From Candidatus Uhrbacteria bacterium (lineage in GTDB: Bacteria > Patescibacteriota > Patescibacteriia > GWA2-47-26), in assembly GCA_016187515.1 (NCBI GenBank), contig JACPJN010000006.1, forward strand, positions 257,556 to 321,555: 64,000 nucleotides of DNA, given 5' to 3'. Made by a program: the position numbers and the translations under genes. Under the pieces are notes generated by a model, which saw nothing but the letters and a program-made list of their open reading frames with translations, had not been told where the DNA came from and ran no database searches. The first letter of the stretch is position 1. Each line of letters begins with the position of its first letter. Positions 18,982-26,711 of this stretch are shown here, one piece after another.

Positions 18982-20049
18982 GTCTCTAGAATCTAACGCA
19001 ATAGTAAGTTAAATGCTTCATAAGGCGTTGCGTAATCAAGAACCTTTCGAGGCCTGCCGTTGAGAAGGTGTTGCACATGCTTCACTTCTCGGCGGGAGAT
19101 CTTTGAAAAGTCAGTGCCTTTCGGAAAGAACTGTCGGATCAGGCCGTTGGTATTCTCATTCGTGCCGCGCTCCCATGGGCTCGCGGGATGAGCAAAGTAC
19201 ACCTGCATCTTCGTGTCTCCCGTGAACAGTTTATGCTCGGCCATCTCTCGGCCTTGATCGTAGGTCATGGAAAGGCGCATATGGGCAGGCAACTTCTTTG
19301 CCTCTTTGGCAAACGCTTTCCGTACCGTTTCCGCAGTTCTGTTCTTCAGGGGCACCAGAATCGTGGTGCGTGTGGTGCGTTCCACAAGGGAGCCAAGCGC
19401 GGATTGTCGGTTCTTGCCAATCAGGAGATCGCCTTCCCAGTGACCCGGGATTATCCGATCTGCAACTTCTGCCGGACGCTCTTCTATGGAGAGCATATCC
19501 TCCAGTTTCCGCTCAAAGACGGGCGTTTCTCCGTGGCGCCGTTTGTGCCGTCGCTTCCTCTCGCGCCTCAGACAGGCCAGGAGCTCTTTCTTGAGAGCAC
19601 CCTTTGGCAGAACATAGAGGTATGAGTAAATCGCTTCCGGAGATATGCGCATAGTCATATCTAGAGGATACTCCTTGGCAATCTTGCGAGCAATTTCCTC
19701 AGGTGACCAACGCAGGCGAAGTTTCGCATACACATACCGGCGAATACGGGGCTGCAGCAGGATCTTGCGTTTCCACAGCTTTCTCTTTCTGGCTTTTCGA
19801 CGGGCACGCCTGTGAGCAGTGGCTGCGCGGTACACATACCGATTGCATCCTCCTGCCGAGACCTCATGACTGATGGTGCTCACAGACCTGCCAAGGAAAC
19901 GGGCAATATCTCCAAATGAACATCCTTGGGCGAGCATTCTGCTGATCTCCTCTCGCTCACCCTCACTTAAACGATGATAATTCATAGGTCTAACGCGTTA
20001 CTGATAATACCGGAACGGTATCATAAGTGTTGCGTTAGATTCTAGAGTC
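18982..20049. mobile_element. IS30-family insertion sequence
   Basis: 20-bp terminal inverted repeats (g[t/a]ctctagaatctaacgcaa, one mismatch) at 18982-19001 and 20030-20049 enclose a single DDE transposase ORF. Confidence 0.8.
18993..19985 (-). CDS. IS30-family DDE transposase
   Basis: The N-terminal HTH reads EGEREEISRMLAQGCSFGDIARFLGRSVSTISHE. The C-terminal integrase-like core reads …MTYDQGREMAEH…AHPASPWERGTNENTNGLIRQFFPKGTDF…. Confidence 0.85.
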   Translation of the reverse strand: MNYHRLSEGEREEISRMLAQGCSFGDIARFLGRSVSTISHEVSAGGCNRYVYRAATAHRRARRKARKRKLWKRKILLQPRIRRYVYAKLRLRWSPEEIARKIAKEYPLDMTMRISPEAIYSYLYVLPKGALKKELLACLRRERKRRHKRRHGETPVFERKLEDMLSIEERPAEVADRIIPGHWEGDLLIGKNRQSALGSLVERTTRTTILVPLKNRTAETVRKAFAKEAKKLPAHMRLSMTYDQGREMAEHKLFTGDTKMQVYFAHPASPWERGTNENTNGLIRQFFPKGTDFSKISRREVKHVQHLLNGRPRKVLDYATPYEAFNLLLR

Positions 20050-20163
20050 TAACTTACTAAATAAAATGAAAATAATCAAACAAATTTCTTGGCGGCGCAT
20101 TTCGCAAAGCGAAATACAAAATTCGGCGGCGGCAAAAAAGCGAGGGCGGGCCTAGGCCGCACT

Positions 20164-20220
20164 CCGCGCGGTTCCTTCTTCAATAAATAAACACGAATGC
20201 CCGTACTTTGTAATGCGCAT
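20164..20220 (-). pseudogene. diverged duplicate of the 5' end (start codon plus about 19 codons) of the MBL-hydrolase gene
   Basis: 57 bp at about 88% identity to 16312-16368. It encodes MRITKYGHSCLFIEEGTAR, against MRVTKYGHSCLFIEEGTAR in the original. Confidence 0.6.
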
Positions 20221-20221
20221 A

Positions 20222-20905
20222 TTAGCAATTTTCGCAAAGCCCTTCGATATATCCTTTAATCCTATAAAAAAGAACCCGTTTATTAATTCTAATGCTGACC
20301 GTGCCGAATGGAAGTGATCGCTTTGGCCGCTTTAATCTACTTGCACTGCTAAGCTGTTGTGTAATGTAAAATATATCAACCGGCAATTTGGTGACTTTTG
20401 ACCAGAATATCTTTGCTTCTTCAATATCGAGATTGGGATGAACCTGGATTTGTGCGCGTATCAATTCATCAGGAACATTTAGCACCTCCCTTACAAAACG
20501 CATAAATAACGCAATGAGGCGCGGGTCGGAATTTGCAATGGCTACACGAATGTTTTTCCGACTGTGCTCGCTTTTGGTACCCTCTCCCCAGTACAAGGCA
20601 GCTCCAATGAGCAACAATTCTCTTCGTGACAAATCACCAATCTCCTCCATCGCGCGAGTATGAGCAGTTTTATTTTCTTGTAAGATAGCTTCGGTGCGAT
20701 CTTTATTGTATTGCAATAAACCGCGCTCCTGCGCAAGCAATACATTGTGCTCAAGCCGTTTCTTTGCTTCGGTTGGTAGTACAAGATCCCGAAACCAATA
20801 GCTCAATGTACCCTTCGAAGGAATACTGAGTATTTTTCTGATTTCATTATAACTCTTCCCTTGTAATCGGAGGGCTATAGCTTGTTGTTTTTCTAATCGT
20901 CTCAT
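20222..20905 (-). CDS. HTH-domain protein with a LAGLIDADG-like (homing-endonuclease-like) domain
   Basis: The N-terminal HTH reads LRLQGKSYNEIRKILSIPSKGTLSYW. The central segment LLLIGAALYWGEGTK…IRVAIANSDPRLIALFMRFVRE resembles the LAGLIDADG_3 pattern. The assignment is tentative. Confidence 0.4.
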   Translation of the reverse strand: MRRLEKQQAIALRLQGKSYNEIRKILSIPSKGTLSYWFRDLVLPTEAKKRLEHNVLLAQERGLLQYNKDRTEAILQENKTAHTRAMEEIGDLSRRELLLIGAALYWGEGTKSEHSRKNIRVAIANSDPRLIALFMRFVREVLNVPDELIRAQIQVHPNLDIEEAKIFWSKVTKLPVDIFYITQQLSSASRLKRPKRSLPFGTVSIRINKRVLFYRIKGYIEGLCENC

Positions 20906-20974
20906 ATTTGTACAGCTGTATCTACTCTATCACGGATTACTACAGCGGTACAAATCCTACTCTGCTAAAACTTC

Positions 20975-21049
20975 TGACCCCACCGGGATTTGAACCCGGG
21001 TTAGCTGGCTGAAAACCAGCTGTCCTAGACCAGGCTAGACGATGGGGTC
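20975..21049 (-). tRNA. tRNA-Glu (anticodon UUC)
   Basis: The reverse complement GACCCCATCGTCTAGCCTGGTCTAGGACAGCTGGTTTTCAGCCAGCTAACCCGGGTTCAAATCCCGGTGGGGTCA folds as a cloverleaf with a 7/7 acceptor stem and a GTTCAAATC T-loop. No CCA is encoded. Confidence 0.8.
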
Positions 21050-21104
21050 ATAATAGTATAAGATTGTACTAAGGATACCTTATTTTTGAAGTGCTGTCAA
21101 TAAT

Positions 21105-21413
21105 ATGGTGAATGAGGAGCGCATCAGAGAACTGGCCAAAGCCATGTCTAGAAAACTGGCAGGTGGTATGGACTATGGAGAGGCACAAAAGCAAGTCTTT
21201 CACGGCTTACGAGGTGATGAACGCGCTGAGTATCTATCCGCGGTGGGAAGCCGGCTCAGCATGAGCGGTCATCTTCAGCGGGCGCGGGAATTGCCTAACG
21301 TACCGCCACCGCCGAAAGATACACCCGCGACCACTGCCACAGAACAACTCGGATTTGGTTTTGGCGAAGGTCCGCGGCGGAAAATCCGCCCGCCTACGCG
21401 GCGTCACTTGTAA
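21105..21413 (+). CDS. hypothetical protein, 102 aa
   Basis: An intact ORF with a Pro-rich C-terminal half. No family recognised. Confidence 0.4.
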   Translation: MVNEERIRELAKAMSRKLAGGMDYGEAQKQVFHGLRGDERAEYLSAVGSRLSMSGHLQRARELPNVPPPPKDTPATTATEQLGFGFGEGPRRKIRPPTRRHL

Positions 21414-21482
21414 AGGCGAGTTGCATTTTTGAAATATACACGCTACACTAAAGCAATTGCCATAACCCCTCCTACCCTTATC

Positions 21483-21516
21483 TTTCCGCCCGAGGCGGAT
21501 CCGCCTCGGGCGGAAA
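21483..21516. promoter_or_regulatory. perfect 34-bp palindrome immediately upstream of the Hsp20 gene (candidate operator or terminator)
   Basis: tttccgcccgaggcggatccgcctcgggcggaaa. It does not match the CIRCE consensus. Confidence 0.3.
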
Positions 21517-21537
21517 GGGGAGGAAATAAAAGAAATT

Positions 21538-21939
21538 ATGCCTGAACTAGAATTTCTACGTCCCGAAGTCAGCCAACACGCCGAGTCCTGGCAGCTCTCG
21601 CGCGATGAGGGGGAGCTTGCGGTGGACGTCTATGAGCTGGGCAAAGCAATCTACATCAAAACCGCGATCGCCGGGGTGCGTCCGGAACATTTAAAAATTT
21701 CTCTCTCTTCCGATATGCTGACCATCCGCGGGGTACGCCATGAAGAGGAGGCCAGCGCAGAAGAGAAACGCTATCTTTGCCAAGAATGCCACTGGGGCCC
21801 GTTTTCAAGAACCATCATCTTACCCGCGGAAATTGACGCGGCCAAAGCCGAGGCCACTTTTAAAAGCGGGCTTTTGGTAATCAAGCTTCCCAAAACAAAA
21901 AAGAAAAACGAAATTAAAGTCCGGGTGGAGGAGGAATAA
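21538..21939 (+). CDS. Hsp20/alpha-crystallin family small heat-shock protein
   Basis: The alpha-crystallin domain contains …DMLTIRGVRHEE…GPFSRTIILPAEID…FKSGLLVIKLPK. Confidence 0.85.
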   Translation: MPELEFLRPEVSQHAESWQLSRDEGELAVDVYELGKAIYIKTAIAGVRPEHLKISLSSDMLTIRGVRHEEEASAEEKRYLCQECHWGPFSRTIILPAEIDAAKAEATFKSGLLVIKLPKTKKKNEIKVRVEEE

Positions 21940-22006
21940 TGCCGCGGAACCTACACTGAACTACAGCGGAACATACCCGGAATCCCGCGTATGTTCTGAA
22001 ATTTAT

Positions 22007-22216
22007 ATGCGAGCAATTATTGACCGCATGGAGGGCGCCTCGGTAGTATTGCGCGTGGATGGCCAAGAACTTTTAGTGCCCCGCGAGGAATTACCCAAAG
22101 ACGCCAAAGAGGGGTCCGCGCTTTTTTTAATTATTTCGCCAAGCGCTTCCGAAGAAGAAGCGCGCGAAAAACTAGCCAAATCAATTTTGAATGAGATTCT
22201 AAATAACGAAAAATAA
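22007..22216 (+). CDS. DUF3006-like small protein
   Basis: MRAIIDRMEGASVVLRVDGQELLVPREELPKDAKEGSALFL matches the DUF3006 pattern (compare MKAIIDRFEGDYAVLE…LP..AKEGDVL). Confidence 0.5.
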   Translation: MRAIIDRMEGASVVLRVDGQELLVPREELPKDAKEGSALFLIISPSASEEEAREKLAKSILNEILNNEK

Positions 22217-22217
22217 C

Positions 22218-22889
22218 ATGAGGGAAGGTTATCGAATAGAACCCGTGAACTGGGAACACGATCGCGATGAATTTTCGAAACGGCTCCGACAAGATACCCG
22301 ATTTTACTCCCGCGATCAGTATGCAAAAGTGTACCGTCCCGCACTAGAATACTGGGGTGTGAATTCCCCTGCTTTCATTTATCCAAAAGGGGCATTCCGG
22401 TTTAATCCATATCCCGAAACATTGCCTACCGATATTCAAGGCGACATACTAATCGCAGTAGATCGTGAGAGCGTTCCTGATCCTGACTACCTAAAGTATT
22501 TAGTCAAACATGAATACTGGGAAATTTATATTGAACGCAAACGGGGATTTAAGCTACAGACACAAGAAGCCCTGGATAGACAATTGCCAATCATCGAGCG
22601 CGATAGACCCGCTCATCGTTTTGCAACACTTAAAGAACTTGAAGCGGCTCGTGCGGATGAAAAACTTGATGCTTACATGGCTTGGTGGCAAGAATTCTAC
22701 AGGACCAACATTGAACAGATACGACGACTGCCCGAAGGGGATATTGCGCGCATTTCTTCACATTATGGTCCACATGCGACACGCGAGATGATAATCAGAA
22801 GGATAAAAGACAATCTTATATTAAAAGAAGAGTTATACGAACGAGTGAAGAATGCTCGCTTAGTAAAACCAGGACGACGTGCCGCTTAA
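22218..22889 (+). CDS. hypothetical protein, 223 aa
   Basis: An intact ORF with a 1-nt gap to the upstream gene (operonic). Contains HEYWE. No family recognised. Confidence 0.45.
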   Translation: MREGYRIEPVNWEHDRDEFSKRLRQDTRFYSRDQYAKVYRPALEYWGVNSPAFIYPKGAFRFNPYPETLPTDIQGDILIAVDRESVPDPDYLKYLVKHEYWEIYIERKRGFKLQTQEALDRQLPIIERDRPAHRFATLKELEAARADEKLDAYMAWWQEFYRTNIEQIRRLPEGDIARISSHYGPHATREMIIRRIKDNLILKEELYERVKNARLVKPGRRAA

Positions 22890-22897
22890 CCACTGGT

Positions 22898-24814
22898 ATG
22901 GACAGACCAACGACATGGTTAAAAAATATTCCTTCTACCACGCGACGATTCGTCGGGCTCGCCGTTTTCGCCACGCTTCTTATAGGAATACCATTTCTGG
23001 ACGCTATTGCGACCAAAGGATTGATTTATCCGGGCGTGTCGGTTGCTGGAGTAGAGCTGGGCGGTCAGACCGCCGAAGAAGCGCGCGCCGCCCTGAAGCG
23101 CGCCACCGCGCAGTATCTTAATGAGGCCTTTCCTTTTGTGGCGGAGGAATTACGGGCCGCTTTGCCGCTGCCTTCCTTTCTGGTCTTTGATGTGGAGGAA
23201 ACCGTACGCCGGGCGCAAACCCTGGGCGCCACCGGTTCGTTTTTTGAACGCGCCCAAGACCGCGTGAAACTCCGTACCTCGGGAATGAGCATTGATCCCG
23301 TATTTATTGTGGACGAAACGGTCTTGAATGATCTTTTGAAACAGGCCTTCAAATTACGCGAGGCACAATCCCAAAACGCGCAATTTGTATTTGCTTTTGA
23401 TAAAAAAACCCCCGCCATCACGATCAAACCGGAGGAGGCCGGTACCGCTATTGACCTTTCCGCGGCTCGGCGCGAGCTTGATGCTCGCGCGGTCGCTCTG
23501 CGCCGCGATCCAATCAACCTAACGCTTGCCCAGCGCTCGGCCACTATTTTAGCCACGGACTTGGAACCGCTTCAAAGCGCAGTGGAGGCGATCTTCAGCC
23601 GACCAATCCCGGAAATTAAACTGAAAGAAAAACACTGGACTATTCCTAAAGAAACGCTCGCCCTGTGGATCACCGCAAAAAAAAGCGGGAACAGCGTAGC
23701 GCTGGCGCTGGAGGAAAATCTCATTGCCAAATGGCTGGACGGACTGGCCAAGGAAATCGAGCGGCCACCGGAAGATGCCGTATTTGAACTGGCGCCGGAT
23801 GAAAAAAGAGTAACCAAATTTTCTTTGGGCGTTCCCGGGATCGGCCTACCCCGTAAAGAAAATGCCGCGGCAATTGCGCGTGCAATTTTACAGAACGAAC
23901 CCGCATATCTCACCGTCAACGAAACGCCGCCGAAAGTCCTTAATCCGCAGGGCGCCGAACTCGCCGAAAAGTACGGCATTAAAGAACTCGTGGGCTCCGG
24001 CACCACTGATTTTAAGGGCAGCCCGCCAAATCGGGTCAAGAATATCAAGCGCGGGGCCGATCTTTTAAATGGAACCCTCATCGCGGCTGGGGAAGAGTTT
24101 TCCTTGCTTGACCATCTGCGCCCGTTCACCCTGGAAAATGGCTATCTTCCGGAGCTCGTGATCAAAGCCGCGGAAGGACGGACTACTCCGGAGATCGGCG
24201 GCGGGCTATGCCAGATTGGCACGACCATGTTCCGCACCGTCCTTAATGCGGGTCTTCCGATTACCGCGCGCCGCAATCATTCTTACCGCGTCTCCTACTA
24301 TGAACCGCCGGTCGGAATGGATGCCACCATCTATGATCCCGCGCCGGATTTCAAATTTCTAAATGACACTGGCAGTTGGCTGCTCTTAACCGCTTATGTT
24401 GATGTGAAGGCAATGCGGATTACCTTTGAATTATGGGGTACAAAAGACCAGCGCGCCGTTACGGTTTCGGAACCGAAAATTTCCAATCTAAGAAAACCTC
24501 CGGAAAAGAAAATCATTGAAACCACCGACCTTCCTCCCGGTAAAGTAAAGTGTACGGAAAAAGCCCATGTGGGCTCCGATGCCGAGTTTACCTATACGGT
24601 AACTTATCCGGACGGACGCGTGGAGGAAAACGTATTTAAGAGCCGCTATCGTCCTTGGCAAGAGGTCTGCCTGGTGGGAGTGGAGAAAAAAGCCGAGACC
24701 GCTGAAGCGCCCGTTATCCTGCCCAGCCCGGATGCCACCACCGTGCCTTCGGCTGATACCTTGGGGGTCATCGGAGATAGCGAGATCGCTCCGCCAAACC
24801 AATCGCAAAACTAA
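22898..24814 (+). CDS. VanW-family protein with an N-terminal membrane anchor
   Basis: The N-terminal TM segment reads FVGLAVFATLLIGIPFL. The VanW core reads GGGLCQIGTTMFRTVLNAGLPI…NHSYRVSYYEP…DATIYDP. Confidence 0.75.
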   Translation: MDRPTTWLKNIPSTTRRFVGLAVFATLLIGIPFLDAIATKGLIYPGVSVAGVELGGQTAEEARAALKRATAQYLNEAFPFVAEELRAALPLPSFLVFDVEETVRRAQTLGATGSFFERAQDRVKLRTSGMSIDPVFIVDETVLNDLLKQAFKLREAQSQNAQFVFAFDKKTPAITIKPEEAGTAIDLSAARRELDARAVALRRDPINLTLAQRSATILATDLEPLQSAVEAIFSRPIPEIKLKEKHWTIPKETLALWITAKKSGNSVALALEENLIAKWLDGLAKEIERPPEDAVFELAPDEKRVTKFSLGVPGIGLPRKENAAAIARAILQNEPAYLTVNETPPKVLNPQGAELAEKYGIKELVGSGTTDFKGSPPNRVKNIKRGADLLNGTLIAAGEEFSLLDHLRPFTLENGYLPELVIKAAEGRTTPEIGGGLCQIGTTMFRTVLNAGLPITARRNHSYRVSYYEPPVGMDATIYDPAPDFKFLNDTGSWLLLTAYVDVKAMRITFELWGTKDQRAVTVSEPKISNLRKPPEKKIIETTDLPPGKVKCTEKAHVGSDAEFTYTVTYPDGRVEENVFKSRYRPWQEVCLVGVEKKAETAEAPVILPSPDATTVPSADTLGVIGDSEIAPPNQSQN

Positions 24815-24968
24815 AAGAGCGCTGTGGAGGGCTCAAGAAGATTAGTTAGAGGGGAAGCCGAGTCGAAGACCAAGCTACCCTGTAAACTAACCCCCATGCT
24901 TGTCGTGAGCCCACCAAAGCGCTCTTTGAATTTGAATTAGAAATAACAAAACTGGGCGGTCCCCCTTA

Positions 24969-25103
24969 CCCCCACACCTTTCAGGCACCCCTTGCTCGGG
25001 CATGTCTGTCTTATTCAACTGGCAGCTGTCCATTCAACACGAGATCCTCCTTTTTAGAAGATAATGCGGCATAAAATGCCGACGTGCCTGATAGGTGTGG
25101 GGG
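24969..25103. repeat. second copy of the TIR-bounded element (CCCCCACACCT[T/A]TCAGGCAC), intergenic
   Basis: cccccacacctttcaggcac at 24969-24988 and gtgcctgataggtgtggggg at 25084-25103. The internal sequence differs from the 23S copy. Confidence 0.55.
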
Positions 25104-25158
25104 TGGGATCCTCCCAGCTTTAATTTTCAACACTTCACTATAACACACCTTTCCAAAC

Positions 25159-26628
25159 TTGTCAAGCCCCTGTACAATAAGCCATTATATGGCCTCGCTT
25201 ACCCGGCTGATCGCGCGCAATACTGCCATCCATACGACGGGCAAACTTCTCAATCTGCCGATCGTGCTTATCGTCGTGGCCGTGATGACCCGCGCGCTTG
25301 GTCCCGAGGGCTTTGGCGGATATTCCACCATTATCGCCTTTTTGCAATTTTTCGGCATCACCGCCAATTTCGGCCTGCTGCTGACGGCCAACCGGCTCTT
25401 GGGAGAAACCGCGACGGAAACCGCGCGCAGCCGGCTAATGTCGAATTTATTCACCCTCCGGTTCTTTTCCTCGCTTATCTTTTTGTCCCTGGCTCCGCTC
25501 CTGGCCCTTTTATTCCCCTACCCCGCCGCGGTTAAGCAGGGCATGTTCATTACGGCGCTCTCGTTTTTAGCCATCAGCTTGGCCGAGACCTTGGTACCCG
25601 TCTTCCAAAGAGAGCTGCGCATGGGTTATGTGGCGGCCGCCGAACTGGCCGCCCGCTTCACCTTGCTTGCCGGAGTGGCGCTAACGGCGTATTTTCACGC
25701 CGGACTATTGTGGTTTTTGGCCGCGATTGTCGCTGGCAGCGCGATGCAATTCCTCATGATGCGGATCTTTACGGGAAAATTTATTGAACTGCATCTGGCC
25801 TTCGATTGGACGGTGTGGCGCAAAATTATCGGCATTTCCTGGCCCATTGGCCTATCTATCCTTTTCAATTTAATCTACCTTAAAGCCGACACCATTATTC
25901 TCTCGGCCTTGCGCACCCAGACCGAAGTGGGTTTTTACGGGGCCGCTTATCGGGTGCTGGATCAGCTGACCGGGTTTGCCACCATGTTTATCGGACTGCT
26001 CATGGTCCCGCTTACCGCCGCTTGGGTGGCCCGCGATCAAACCAGATTTCGGCGCATTTACCAGCGGGCTTTTGATGCCTACGCGGTCGTGGCCTGGCCG
26101 CTGTTAGTCGGGGCCTGGCTGATTGGCGAGCGACTGATGATTTTCGTCGCTGGCAGCGCGTTTGCGGCTTCGGGAAAAATTCTGGCGATCCTGATGATTG
26201 GGATGACTTTTGTATTTTTCTCCACGCTGTTTGGCCATGTAGTGGTGGTCGTAGACAAACAGCGCCCGATGATTTGGGGTTATGTGATTACCGCGGTAGC
26301 CGGTTTCAGCGCCTACGCGCTTACGATTCCGCGCTTTGGAATTTGGGGCGCGGCTTGGTCTACGGTTGGCGCTGAAGCCCTGATCATGATCTTAACCGCG
26401 GCCATGGTCTGGCGCGCCACCCGCGCGCCGCTGGAATTGTCTATCTTTTCCAAAGGATTGCTGGCTTCCATTATTTTAGGGCTATTCTTATACTTCACCC
26501 GCGTCTTCCCGCTGGCTATTCCATTATTTGGCGGCGCGCTCATCTACTTTGCCGCCCTCTACGCTTTCGGTGGAATTAAAAAAGAACTTATCCGCGATAT
26601 TGTTTCCTTACGCAATTCCCCCTCTTAA
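25159..26628 (+). CDS. polysaccharide biosynthesis protein / oligosaccharide flippase (MOP/Wzx-like)
   Basis: 489 aa with about 14 TM helices, typical of Wzx/MurJ-like exporters. The start could instead be 25189. Confidence 0.7.
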   Translation: MSSPCTISHYMASLTRLIARNTAIHTTGKLLNLPIVLIVVAVMTRALGPEGFGGYSTIIAFLQFFGITANFGLLLTANRLLGETATETARSRLMSNLFTLRFFSSLIFLSLAPLLALLFPYPAAVKQGMFITALSFLAISLAETLVPVFQRELRMGYVAAAELAARFTLLAGVALTAYFHAGLLWFLAAIVAGSAMQFLMMRIFTGKFIELHLAFDWTVWRKIIGISWPIGLSILFNLIYLKADTIILSALRTQTEVGFYGAAYRVLDQLTGFATMFIGLLMVPLTAAWVARDQTRFRRIYQRAFDAYAVVAWPLLVGAWLIGERLMIFVAGSAFAASGKILAILMIGMTFVFFSTLFGHVVVVVDKQRPMIWGYVITAVAGFSAYALTIPRFGIWGAAWSTVGAEALIMILTAAMVWRATRAPLELSIFSKGLLASIILGLFLYFTRVFPLAIPLFGGALIYFAALYAFGGIKKELIRDIVSLRNSPS

Positions 26629-26711
26629 GATAAGAGGGGTAGGGGGAGTTATGAATAGTTCGTAACCCCTCCCAACCTCCCCTTAACCTAAGGGGAGGAG
26701 ATCGGGTTATT

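Noticed and set aside
20066-20155. Short plus-strand ORF (MKIIKQISWRR…) between the IS30 right end and the duplicated MBL fragment
   Set aside because: It is too short, has no RBS or recognisable domain, and is AT-rich junk next to the IS.
21462-21537. CIRCE/HrcA operator upstream of hsp20
   Set aside because: The palindrome tttccgcccgaggcggatccgcctcgggcggaaa does not resemble TTAGCACTC-N9-GAGTGCTAA.
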